Source: Selaginella moellendorffii
Taxonomy: Eukaryota > Plantae > Lycopodiophyta
NCBI RefSeq assembly: GCF_000143415.4
Contig: NW_003314284.1
Location: 1,931,715-1,995,714 of the forward strand
DNA length: 64,000 bases
Reading direction: 5' to 3'
The first letter of the stretch is position 1, and the number at the start of each line of letters is the position of its first letter. Under the pieces are notes generated by a model that saw only the letters and a list, made by a program, of their open reading frames with translations, was not told the origin of the DNA and did not search any database. This document shows positions 11,407 to 24,789 of the stretch, in pieces. A program made the position numbers and the translations under genes.

Positions 11407-12445
11407 ATGAAGTAAGTGTTTTCTCCTCGATTTGGATTGAGCTCTCTTTTTGTCAGCTTTGGGAGTGGCGATGCGATTCTTTGGGACGGTCCAATCCGTG
11501 GAACCACTGCTGGCGATGCGCTCTTCCGGTTCTACAACGGCTTCGCTTCCCGCAAGCAATCCGGGCAGGATCTAGGCAGCCGGCTCGATGTTCTTCGGCG
11601 CTTCGTCATGGCTGGAGGTACGATCGATTAAGTTTCTTGCAAAATGATGGAGTTCTTTGTTCATCAGAAAGACCCGCAACAGTTCCAAACCGAAGGTTGC
11701 CGCGCTACAGGCGAAGAATCGACACAGACAATCTAGCAGTTTTCCCGATAGACGGCGGGCGGAGGAAGGCATCATTTATCCTTGAGAAGATCAAGGAAGA
11801 TCTCGCGGATGCGGGGCTTCCAGTACCTCCAGCAAGTATACAACTTGAAGGTTTGTATTCGTCCCAAAGTTTGATGTTATCATTGTCTAGGGGCGGTCAT
11901 GGACTCGAAAGAGAAGCAACGCCTTCAAACCATCTTTGAATGGAGTGGCTTTGATGGGGTGAGTTCATTCTCTCGGTCATATAAGATTTATCCTTTCTTT
12001 CTCTCATGAGTCGCAGAAAATGGAAGATCTTGCTCCTAAAATCGCTCCCGTTCCTCGGGTTGTGAAAGGTTCCAAAGAGGAGAAAGAACATCTCATGAAC
12101 ACAAGTAAATCTTCCTCAAGAATCGTTTTTTCCACAGACCTTAAACTTGCTTCCCTGCAGTTGCTAGAGAAATAGGCGAGCGAGAGACGTTCCTGAAAGA
12201 GATGGAAAAGTTTGGGAGTGACAGGAAATACCGGGGACAAATCCGCTGGGAAATACAAGACGTAAGCTTCTCGCTTCTCTTCTTAAGACTACTGACAAAA
12301 TCAAAATCGCATTTTTGGCTTTCAGAGGTTAAATCAGATGAAGCAACTGGATCGTCTCATCGCTGAAGACGACGCTAATCTTCTCGCCAACAGAGTCATC
12401 CAAAGAGAAAGTCGCAACTCCAAGAAAGCCATCCAATGGCGCTAG
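11407..12445 (+). CDS. UPF0193/EVG1 family protein, 7 exons, missed by the ORF track
   Basis: Manual splice 11407-11411, 11457-11617, 11668-11850, 11891-11958, 12017-~12104, 12161-12261, 12326-12445 gives ...DSKEKQRLQTIF...IAREIGERETFLKEMEKFGSDRKYRGQIRWEIQDRLNQMKQLD. This resembles the UPF0193 motifs EKxRLQxIF and EIxERxxFLxxMExLGxxxxY. Confidence 0.72.
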
Positions 12446-12796
12446 AAAAACCAAAAAGAGAACCAGCGCAAAATTTTCCAAAAACGTGAGAGCCGCACTC
12501 TTGGACTAAAACATCTTCACGATTACCTGCGTGAAAGCGAAGAACCTGTGATCCCACTCTGGGATCCAACTTTAAACCTTTACAATTCTTTTCTATAAGA
12601 AAAGCTCCAAAATGCTTGGAGCTGGAGCGGTAGCACACCGTTGCATCAGGCCACCCTGCTCCACAAATCATATCGTCATCGTCTTCACCTAGAAGATCTC
12701 CGGCCGCGTAAGTATCGGAGACGCGATCGAGTTTGCCTTCCATACATCCGGGCCAGCGGGAGATCCCTGAATCGCGTGTTATAGTTGAGCTCTGGC
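12028..12796 (+). repeat. Left copy of local duplication (UPF0193 3' exons, intergenic DNA, scrambled BAM fragments)
   Basis: Aligns to 15174-15783; 12735-12796 matches BAM CDS 16260-16336 with deletions; 12708-12730 is an inverted copy of ~15808-15830. Confidence 0.88.
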
Positions 12797-12897
12797 TTGA
12801 GGCTTACGGAGAAAAAAAGACTCTCAAAAGAGGTTTGAAACCTACGTAGCGGATACAATCTTTTTTGGTGCGGCAACCCTCTTTGGATTTTTCCAGG

Positions 12898-15084
12898 ATG
12901 AGCACCGAAGGTAAGTGTAGCTGGGCTATGTTCGTTGTCTGATTTGCGTGTGCTTCGCTTTGAACAGTGTTGCAATCGCTTCAATCCTGGTGGCAGGATT
13001 ATGTCTGGAGTTTGGAGCGTGAGGATATTGCAGCGGGCAAGGTTATCAAGATGTTCGATGCAAGGCTGGGAGCAGACAAGAGGCTTTCCGGCCTGTACGT
13101 AAGGAGGATGTACGGCCCGTTATTTGACGCGATCCTTGACAAGGCTCCATGCGCTAATGGCGATTGGCTTTGCCATCTCAACGGCAACTCTGGCGTGGGC
13201 AAGTCAGCATTCCTTTGGTACTTCATCATCAGAGCCGCTATATTGTTAAGAGATTCCGACATTGACGAGGAGCTGCACATTCTCTACGAGTCTGCCGACT
13301 TCATATGGGAGTTCAGAGGCAATACGGTCCATGTGGCAAAGCGCGACAAAGTCTCTCTGGACTCATTCATCAATGCCCCCTGGCATCTGATAAATCAAAA
13401 AGTCCCCACAGATGGTGCTCTCGGACGTGTTCTATTAGTTGCGGCTTCGCCAGCAGCGGAAAATGTCAAAGCTGCCAAGGCCGACCGGAAGAAGATTGTT
13501 ATGTACATGTACCCGTGGGAGGAAGACGAGTACACAGCCTTGGTGGGGTTGTGGAAGGTTCATTACCAGAACCTCGAAGCTGAGGTGAAAACTCTCCAGG
13601 CTAGCCTGCGCGAGCTTGAGGAGTGGGCGAAGGTGACGTATCAGTTTGGGGAGTCCAGAGTGAATTTGTCAGCGGGCTGTGGAGATTTAGCTGAAGTTCC
13701 CATTTTGAACGAACGCGTACAGAAAATGCTGCGGGAAGATGTCAAGGAGCAGGGACGGCCAGCAAGAGAGTTAGCTTTTGAACTCAAGGTGCTCATCGAA
13801 ACGCTCGAGAAACAGGTGCAGGCCGGCTTCCAGCGTGTGGAAGCTGCTCCAGAGTACTACAAATGGTTCGGAGGCGTTGTGCACTTGCTCTGGTCTGATT
13901 ACTTCCCGAGTGTGATCCAAGAAGGATTCTTGAAGAAAGTCCAGAGGTCGTTGAACAACACCAACCTCCGACGCCTCTTGGGAAGCACGCGAGACGAATC
14001 CCGAGGGGAGGATATATCCTGGGCGCTCCTACATTTTAAACCGGCCAAGAGCTCTTCGTTCCAAGATTACTACCTCGACTTTTGCAGTGTAAAAGTCCAG
14101 GCTCAATTCACTCTGGCTCTTACGAGCATGAAACCGAAAGACCTGGAGCTCTTCATGTGGACTGCGTTACCTGAAGACGGGGTGCTTCAAGGCTTGGTTT
14201 TCCAGGAGCTTTCCACTGCTTACGTACTGCGTGGAGCTACGCTGGTTATGGTGAGTTACTGTTCGTTTCTTACATGTACTAATCCTTGTTGCTGATATGT
14301 CGATGACAAGCACCGTAAATGTCGTGAGGATCCTTCAAACCGAAAAAGTGGATTTCATGCGATGTTTGGCAGCCTTTGGAATTGATACCGCTGTTGCGAT
14401 ACTACGAAGGAGATCTGAAAGCTGCTCTACTGGAGGCTGGTAAGTTACTGCTGAGTGGAGTTACCATTGGTTGGCTAATTGCGAATGATGGCAGGTGCCG
14501 ATGCTATCCACTATGTATGGAGGCCAGTGATCAAGAATAATGGGGCTGTGGACTACACTTTTCTTCCTAGGACGCTGGCACAACCAACTTTAGCAGCATG
14601 CCATCCAGTAGCGGCAGAAGCTCTCCAAACACATATCAGTGCTCTTCGTGCATGGAACGAGATCTACGGCGGGACCAGTAAGCCGGAGGAGTTTGTACTC
14701 TGCTTCTTCCTGGCGGAATCGACCTATGAGGAATTCGGCTTCCAGAGCTACCGCGACAAGTCCCGTAGGGTAACAAAACAAGCTGTGAAAGGTTTGTTGC
14801 ATACGCTTTCATAGCTGCTCATACTTATAGGAACAAACGATGCAGGTATTCGCCAGTGCAAAGTGTTGCTGCGGCACAATGTTCCCGTTCGATGTGCGGA
14901 GGAGATGGAGATTCCCATGGGTGTCGAGATTGTGGATGACATCGAGCAGTGCAAGTTTGACGGTGAAGTGTGCAAAACTAACTTTTTTGATCCAGGGGAG
15001 GACCTCCGACGAGACAAGGAGGTGAGTATGAACAAGAAGCGGAAGTTTGCCTTCGGGTCCAGATATTCTCAGATTTTAGAGTAA
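12898..15084 (+). CDS. Crinkler/RHS (CR)-type protein: P-loop NTPase plus C-terminal REase-like domain
   Basis: LYVRxxYxxL, Walker A GNSGVGKS, VLLVAASP, MYMYPWxxDE, WFGG. REase-like WRPxxxNxxAVD...AQPTLAxxHPV...FFL...FxFQ...IRQCKV. C-terminal NKKRKF. Probable exons 12898-12910, 12968-14250, 14373-14438, 14495-14791, 14846-15084. Confidence 0.75.
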
Positions 15085-15173
15085 AAATTATGAACCAAGC
15101 TTTCTCATTGAGTATATTCTCTTTAAATTTTAATATACTATTAGCTGTCTAATAAACAGTGGTAAGTCTATTC

Positions 15174-15470
15174 TCTTGCCCCTAAAATCGCTCCCGTCCC
15201 TCGAGTTGTGAAAAGGTAACATCTCTTGACCACGTGTAAATCTTCTTCTAGAATCGCTTTTTCTTCCGAGCGAGAAGCGTTCCTGAAAGAGATGGGAAAG
15301 ACAGGAAAATCCGCTGGGACGTAAGCTTTTCTTTTCTCTTCACAAGACTACGGAACCAAAACTCATATTTTCGGCTTTCAGGGGTTAAATCAGATGAAGC
15401 AACTGGGTCGTCTCATCGCCGAAGACGACGCTAATCTTCTCACCAACAAAGTCATCCAATGATACGAAAG
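15174..15470 (+). pseudogene. Decayed duplicate of UPF0193 exons 5-7
   Basis: Homologous to 12028-12445, with several deletions and an early TGA (~15460); lacks the 5' exons. Confidence 0.8.
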
Positions 15471-15825
15471 TCGCAACTCCATCCAATGGCGACGCCAAAG
15501 GACCCAAAAAGAAGTTTTTGTGTTGTGGTCCAGAGCGAAAATTTCCCAAAGATGTGAGAGTCGCGCTCTTGGACTAAAACCTCTTCACGCGCTTCTCGAG
15601 CAAGCGAAGAACCTGTGATCCCACTCCGACACTTCCGGAAGAACTTTAAACCTTTACAATTCTTCCTATTCCTTCTTATTTATCCACAAGAAAAGCTCCA
15701 AAATGCTTGGAGCTGGAGCGGTAGCATCAGGCCACCTTGCTCCACACAAATCACATCGTCATCGTCATCATCTAGAAGATCTCCACCCAAAGAAGATCGA
15801 GAAAAATCGATCGCGCCTCCGCTAC

Positions 15826-17917
<2,092 letters not shown>

Positions 17918-18365
17918 AGCCGCTCGATCAAGCCAAGCTTTCGATCACAAAGAGGCGCTAGCTAGAAATTTCTTACGAGATGGCGCGTGGAGCAGCGGCG
18001 CGCGCGGCGGGATCGAAAAAGAAATCACGAGAGGAAGAGAGAGAGAGAGAAAAATGGAGAGAATGCTTCCCCTCTTTCGCACCGCCGCTTGGCAAACACG
18101 ATCCTTTTCTAGATGCGCGGCCACGAAAGCAACTAGAAAAAGCGTAAAAGATGGTGGAAAGAAGAGCAGCGTCCGACGCACGGCGCGGAAGGATTCCACG
18201 CGCATATTCGCGGCCTCCCGTAAAGAAACGCGAAAGAAGACAGCACGTTGGATAGTTTCAAACGGCAAAAGCGCGTATGTTTGCCCCCCCGCAAACTTGT
18301 TTTTCGAATTGTCCGGCAACAAGAAGATAAGGCGCCAAAGCATATTCTACGCACATTCCGGCGCT

Positions 18366-18583
18366 CCACGTCGAATGCCACATGGAAAGCGTGATGTGCC
18401 GAAATATCTATCCGGCCTTCTATCCACTCGACACGTGTTGGACCCAGCAATGGGAACAGTTGTCGCGATTTTGGCCAGGAAAAGAGCCGTACAAAAAACA
18501 CGTGGCGGTATCCGGTGCCTCCAGTAACCTGGTGCCAGATACACGCCGTGCAACTGGGATCAGCGGACGTGTCACCGCGTGTC
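18366..18583. promoter_or_regulatory. Cluster of ABRE/G-box and coupling-element-like motifs
   Basis: CCACGTC 18366, GACACGTGT 18430, ACACGTGGC 18498, GACGTGTC 18566, CCGCGTGTC 18575. Confidence 0.5.
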
Positions 18584-18635
18584 GCCTGAGGCCAATAATA
18601 CTCTACATATTTATATTTAGGGTTTCAGGAAAAAG

Positions 18636-19703
18636 ATGGTGGGCATCGACGAAATAATAGACAAGGAACGCTCATGCTGGACGAGAAAATGGACAGTCAA
18701 AAGCATGGGTCTAGAGGAAGAATATGTAAACAGTTCTAAGGAGCCAAGCGAGTTTTTAAAGTGCTACCTCTCCAAAATCAGAGAGTATAGGTATGTTATG
18801 ATGATGTTTTAGAGGTATTTCGATGTTGTGTGCCCATGCAAGCAGTGGCGTTGCTCCCAGCGGCGATGCAAACCAAAAGAGAGGGGAGATCATCGCGGTT
18901 GTGTCAAGCATTTCGCGGGATTCTCACCTGAATCTTCTGGATCAAGCATTGGATGTTGTGGCAGGGGCATATGTCTGCTTCGGGTTGCTTCTGTGGTGTA
19001 GCTACTACCTCTACCTCTACAGGTGGGAGCGGCTCGCAAATGGGAGCGTGGTGAAGCTTTGCAGCGACAGCTTCTATCTGTGCAGCAATGTGGTTCCTGC
19101 AATCTGCAGCATGTTCAGGCGGACCCGAAACCCCCGCGTCAGGTTCATACATTTTGACGAGGTGGAGCTCCCCATGCACAAGAGGCGCAAGTTGAAGCCT
19201 GTAGATGGTGAGATCGCGAGGGAGTCGGATCATGACAAAGTCGTGTGGGATGATCTGTCGAAGCATTGCGATGCTGGCTTCTGTGGGGTGATCTGTGGAA
19301 GTATTCGGATGATGACTTCGTGTGGGATGATCAGTCGAAGCATTCGGATGACAAAACCGCGTGGGATGATCAGTCCAAGTTGGTGTCCTGCAATTCGTTA
19401 CCTTGGTATGAACCATAAAGTGAAAGATGTAGTTCTGCTGTAAGCTCGATCACGTGTTAACAGAGCTTTGCTTTGTTTCCTGGCAGTGAGATCTTCATGG
19501 ACTTTTCTGAAGATTTTCTCTCTTTCACCAACGGGTTCAAACACAACCAAAACAAGCTCGCTCTCGAAGCAAATGTCCCGCAGCAATCCTGTCCGGAAAC
19601 AAAGGTGGCTCAATCAAATGGCCATGCTTGCGACGTCGCGGTCACACAAGCTTGTTCCATCCCTGCAAAGCACGCAGAAGAAACAACATTGTCAGGAACG
19701 TAG
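18636..19703 (+). pseudogene. Unrecognised lineage-specific gene or pseudogene containing a 39-bp tandem repeat
   Basis: Telo-box TTAGGGTTT at ~18617, ATG 18636, GT-AG-bounded segments; a frameshift in repeat unit 2. No family recognised. Confidence 0.3.
19240..19380 (+). repeat. ~3.6 x 39-bp tandem repeat (GTGTGGGATGATC.GTCGAAGCATT core; WDDxSKH peptide)
   Basis: Units start at about 19240, 19279, 19317 and 19356; unit 2 is 38 bp. Confidence 0.8.
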
Positions 19704-20387
19704 AAAACAATCGACTTTGCACCACTCGGACAATTTAGAGTTTGGATTCATGGGGCCATAAGTTCTCTGCTATCTATCAGCTCCAAAGTGCCCTCTAAAG
19801 ATCACATTTCTTCTTCAGTTCTAGAGCTGGAATAGAGTAAGAACTTTTCCAACGAGTACGTAACAGTTGAAAGCCATTTTCCGCGAGCCGTTTCGTAGTG
19901 TTGTTCTCTCTCTTCATCTTCTCTTCGGTTGGTTCCAAGGAAAAGATTTCCATTCTCTCTTCATCCTGGCGGAAATGGCGAGGGAATGAGAACTGAGAAT
20001 GAGAGTGTCCCCACCGTTGCACCTGGAGTAAATCGTCATACTCCCTGTCCAATTTTGTCACTTTGCTTCCGGATTTCTCCAAGCCACTGGCCCGTCCTCT
20101 TGCTTGGCCGTGAGTGGAGTTTTCTCTCTAAACGAATTTGTAATGGCTGGCTGGACTGCGTTTCGGTGCTTTGGAAAGTCGCAGCCACTCACTCTGTGCC
20201 ACTGTCTTTCTGGCAGCCTTTGACACGCGATAAAACTTGCCTAGAGCATTCCTTCATACGGCCGAGCAGGAAGAACGGTCCGAAGTCGAGATGAGGTGAG
20301 TACTACTACCTTCATCAAAGTGCAAGCCATCTCAAATCAAAGCAAGAAAACTTTGGAGAGCTCAGGTTGAAGCAGGAATCTGGAACG

Positions 20388-22932
20388 ATGCATCTCGAGG
20401 CGGCAGGAGGAGGAGAGACACCAAGGAGATCGGAGCTCCAGACGCTCCACTCGCTTATGTCCATCGACAACCAGCTCAGTATCGGGCACTTCAAGCAAGT
20501 CCCGCTCCGCGAGAAAGGGACCGGCCTCGAGTTTGAGGACATCACCTACACGGTGGTCAAGAAGCAAAAGAGCAAAGGTGGCGGAAGGATTACGCGGCAA
20601 GTCGATTTGCTCCAGCACATAACCGGCTACGCTCCGAAAGGCCATATCACTGCGGTGATGGGGCCGAGCGGCGCTGGAAAGTCGACGTTCCTGGATGCTC
20701 TGGCTGGCAGGATTGCGAGTGGAAGCCTCCAGGGAATCGTAACGCTCGACGGGAAACGAGTGAGCCCGTCACTCATCAAGCGCTGGTCCGCCTACGTGAT
20801 GCAAGACGACCAGCTCTTCCCGATGCTCACCGTCTGGGAGACTCTTCGCTTCGCGGCCGACATGAGGCTCCCGGAGTCCATGTCCAAAGAGGAGAAGGAC
20901 GATCGAGTGGAGAAACTTATCGTCCAGCTTGGTCTCACAGTGAGTGGAAGTTGTCCTTCGTCGTCTTGTTCTTCCTCTCAGAGCTGAACCGTTTTATCTC
21001 CCAGAGTGCTCGCAACACTTTCATCGGAGACGAGGCTCACCGCGGCGTTTCCGGTGGCGAGAGGAGACGGGTTTCTATCGGAGTCGACATCGTCCACGGA
21101 CCAAACCTGCTCTTCCTCGACGAGCCAACCTCCGGCTTGGACTCCACCAGCGCTTACAGCGTCATCGAGAGGGTCCACGACATCGCCAAAGCTGGAAGCA
21201 GCGTTGTCCTTACGATCCACCAGCCTTCTTCCAGGATCCAGCACCTTCTCCACCACCTTATAATTCTTGCCAGGTACTAAAGTACTTCACTTCTCTTTGC
21301 GTTAATTGCAAGGCTTGGCGCACCAGGGGAAAGCTGATATACCAAGGAACGCCTCAGGGGCTGAACGGACACGTCACAGGCCTGGGGAGGCAGGTTCCCA
21401 AAGGCGAGAACCCGATCGAGTACCTGCTGGATATAATCCAAGAGTTCGACCATGCTACCACTGGAGTGGACCCGCTGGTAGAGTACTACCTCACAGGGAT
21501 CCGGCCGGACGTTCTCGACTGCGGCCTCACTCCAAAAATCCACCTTGCCAGCACCGGGGTGACTCCACAGCAGCATGGCACCTGGAAGCCGATCAAGAGC
21601 CCGTTCCAGATCAATAGTAGCATTTGTAGCACCCCTGCTATCCACAGGCACGACCCGGAAGCTCCTGAGGTACCTATGACTCCGTCCCAGTACTTTGAAG
21701 AAGACGAGGACGACTTCGACCACTCGCTGGTGAAGCAGTCGTTCACGTCGACTGTGGCCGCGAGTCCCTGGATTGGTGTCGGAACTGCTGCTTCCTTCTA
21801 CAAAGGCATGATAGAAACTGCTTTTACTCCAAAGCATATTGGCCTCCGGACTCCATCGAGACCGGGACCGGGACCCGGGCGGACTCCTATGTGGCCATCT
21901 TTTGAAACAAGCCGGTTCGCTAGAACTCCACGGCCTGGTCCAGCGTATACAGCTGCTACTGTTCCTGGTAAACGATCCGTCCCCGAGATCATTCCTGCTA
22001 CTCCGATTCCAGATCGGAAGCTCTACCATGAAGAAGACTTCGATACGGACACCAACAGGAGCGGTCTGGTGGACATACCCGGCCGCAAGTTTTCAAACTC
22101 CTGGTCCAACGAAGTTCTCATTCTCATGGGCCGTAACTTTCGGCTCATCAAGAGAACACCGGAGCTCTTTCTTTCGAGGCAGATCGTCCTGACTGTGATG
22201 GGAGTGATGATGGCCACCATGTTCCTCAACCCCGGCGACAGCTTGCAAGGCGTGACAAAACTCATGTCCTTCTTCATCTTCACCGTCTGCCTCTTCTTCT
22301 TCTCGTCCAACGACGCCGTTCCAGCTTTCATCATGGAGAGGTTCATCTTCATCAGAGAGACGGCACACAACGCGTACCGCTGCTCGTCGTACGTCATGGC
22401 CGGAGTTATAACGTATCTGCCTTTCCTTGCATTCCAGGCCCTGTCGTATACGCTGATAACTTGGTGGGCCTTGGACCTCAAAGGTGGCTTCCGAGGCTTC
22501 TACTACTTCTGGCTCATCCTCTACGCCTCCCTCATCTCGACTAACTCGCTGGTCGTCTTCGTCAGTGCCCTGGTTCCAAACTATATCCTCGGCTACTCCG
22601 CTGTTATTGCCTTCACCGCCATCTTCTTCCTCACCTGCGGCTACTTTGTGAAGCGAAGCTTGATCCCCTGGGGTTGGATATGGATGCACTACATATCCGT
22701 CATCAAGTATCCATACGAGGGCCTCCTCCACAACCAGTTCGAGACCGCTGCTTGCTATAACAGCATCAACGGTACCTGTTATCTGCCAAACCAGGAAGTT
22801 CTCAAGGGGTTAGACATCAACAAGCCCAGGAACAAGTGGGATTGCCTGGCCATGCTTCTCGTCTGGGCGGTCTTCTACAGGTTTCTCTTCTACCTGGTGC
22901 TTAGATTTGCTTCCAAGAACCAGCGAACGTAG
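20388..22932 (+). CDS. STR2: ABCG half-size transporter STR2 (arbuscular-mycorrhiza-specific clade), 3 exons
   Basis: [92 protein letters not shown]-terminus [10 protein letters not shown]; these are STR2-like rather than STR-like. Confidence 0.88.
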
Positions 22933-22992
22933 ATAACAAGCGAAATCAGAGATAGACTTACTTGAAATGATTTATTTGTTGGTACTAATTCA

Positions 22993-23850
22993 TTATTCTT
23001 CTTCAACGTCACCGGGCGCGAACTTTAGCGAGACACTGTTGACACAATGACGCTCGTCTGTCGGTGTTCTATACCCCTCGCCTTTGAAAACGTGTCCCAG
23101 GTGACCGCCACACGCCGCACAGGTTATCTCGACGCGCCGACCGTCGGCATCAGCCTGTATTTGCCACACACAAAAGCAAAAAACGTCAAAAGGAAAAAAA
23201 AAAAAAAAACAATCGAGTTGAAAGTTCCACAGAGGAGAAGAACACCAAATAAAAAACCGAGAGAACACTAGCAGAAAGCCACGACAAGAAGAATAAATGG
23301 AAGAAATTCTCGCTGTGCTTACCTTTCGATTGATCGCGCCTGGCAGGCCCTGGAAGAAGGCAGGCCAGCCGCACCCGGAATCAAACTTGGTATCCGACTT
23401 GTAGAGCGGTGTCCCACAGCCGGCGCATTCGTAGACACCCTCCTCAAAGTGCTTGTTGTAGATTCCCGTGCCAGCAAACCTAGTATGCGGTGTTGGAAAA
23501 AGACGATCCAGTTACGATCGCGTGCTTGGATAGAGGCAGACAAAATGCCCTGGCAACAAAGCACAGCGAGCAGAAAAAAAAAGGAAAAAAAACCAAAAGA
23601 AATTCCGCAAGGCTGTGGCAAGCAAGTGCTTGACCAGAGCTCGTCTCCACACAGCCACACAATCCATCTCCAGCCATAGCAGCACTAGCTACAGTCCCTC
23701 GCAGCAAGCAGCGAGCAAAATCCCAGGCAATCCAGGCAGTAAAATCCAAACTCACTCTGTGCCCTTGCGCCGTAGCACGCGGAATTGCTCCGGGCTGAGG
23801 ATCGCGCGCCATTCCTCCTCGCTCTTGTTGCCGCCTCCCCCCCGCGCCAT
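22993..23850 (-). CDS. MSRB: Peptide methionine-R-sulfoxide reductase B (cytosolic type), 3 exons
   Basis: KSEEEWRAILSPEQFRVLRRKGTE, YECAGCGTPLY, KFDSGCGWPAF, CGGHLGHVFKGEG, RHCVNSVSL. Confidence 0.93.
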
Positions 23851-24404
23851 AGCCCGCACGAAAATATTTCGCCCCTGTTCTAGGGCAAATACACAACTTT
23901 AGGGCTTCTCGCTATACCGCAAGAGCCCTAAAAGGGGGGAGCCGAAGTTCTACGTAGCTAGTCTCTAGAAGAGCAATGGATCGAGCGTGGGACCAAACTG
24001 CCCGCGATCAACCCAGCACCTTACAGGCAGTCCAATTCACAGTGCCTTTCCTGTAAAAAGGGAAATTTTATTTGCAGTATTGTTCCCTGCTTTAAGTACC
24101 CGCACTCAGGCACGTCGAAATTATTTGCTTGCTCTCGAAAAATTCCTTCCTTATTCAGTCTATTTTCCTTTTGGCTGTTTTTCTACTGGTCTTTTTCTTC
24201 CGGCTGCCTTTTTTTTTTTTGGCTACCCCTTCCGTCCGTCGCTCGTCACTTCCACCCCCTATAAATTCTCCGCTTCCTCCGCTGAGAGTAACATTGCGTT
24301 TCTCTTTGCTTCCTCTCGCGCTTGGCCTTCCGAGTTCCAGCATCCTCTTCCTCTTTTTCATTCGATCCTTTTGCGCCGTTTGCTTCTCTCCTCCCGTTTC
24401 GACA

Positions 24405-24789
24405 ATGTCTTCGTGCGATGTTTGCAACCGTTGCGGATGCGGATGCACGACCTGCGAGTAAGTTTCTCTCTTCAGTTCGTTTCCCTGCAATGCAAAAGCT
24501 TACTTTGCCCATCCTCGTGTCGTGCTTTGTATTCATTCCACAGCTGCAAGCGGAGGAATCCAACTCTCGCGGCCTTCAACTTCGCTCCCGCCGCTCCAGA
24601 GGCAACTCCTGCCATGGTTTCACCGAGGTAAGCAACTGTACCACCTCTGCTGCATTGCATTACTTACCACTTAGCTCTCTGGATCTCAGTGGAGAGGACG
24701 CCGTGCTGGTAGCAACACCAGGTGCCGAGTGCGAGACCTCCATCACCAATGCAGGGGACGCAACCACAGTTCTTCCCATGTGGGCCTGA
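24405..24789 (+). CDS. Metallothionein-like small Cys-rich protein, 3 exons
   Basis: TATA box (CTATAAAT ~24260). Splice gives MSSCDVCNRCGCGCTTCDCKRRNPTLAAFNFAPAAPEATPAMVSPSGEDAVLVATPGAECETSITNAGDATTVLPMWA. Confidence 0.6.

Noticed and set aside
11644-11850. Possible ubiquitin-like N-terminal header for the CR protein
   Set aside because: Splices cleanly into the UPF0193 gene, which has its own stop at 12445.
14311-14385. Apparent frameshift or stop making the CR gene a pseudogene
   Set aside because: An acceptor at 14372 (TTTGGCAG) restores the frame; unresolved without cDNA, so not called.
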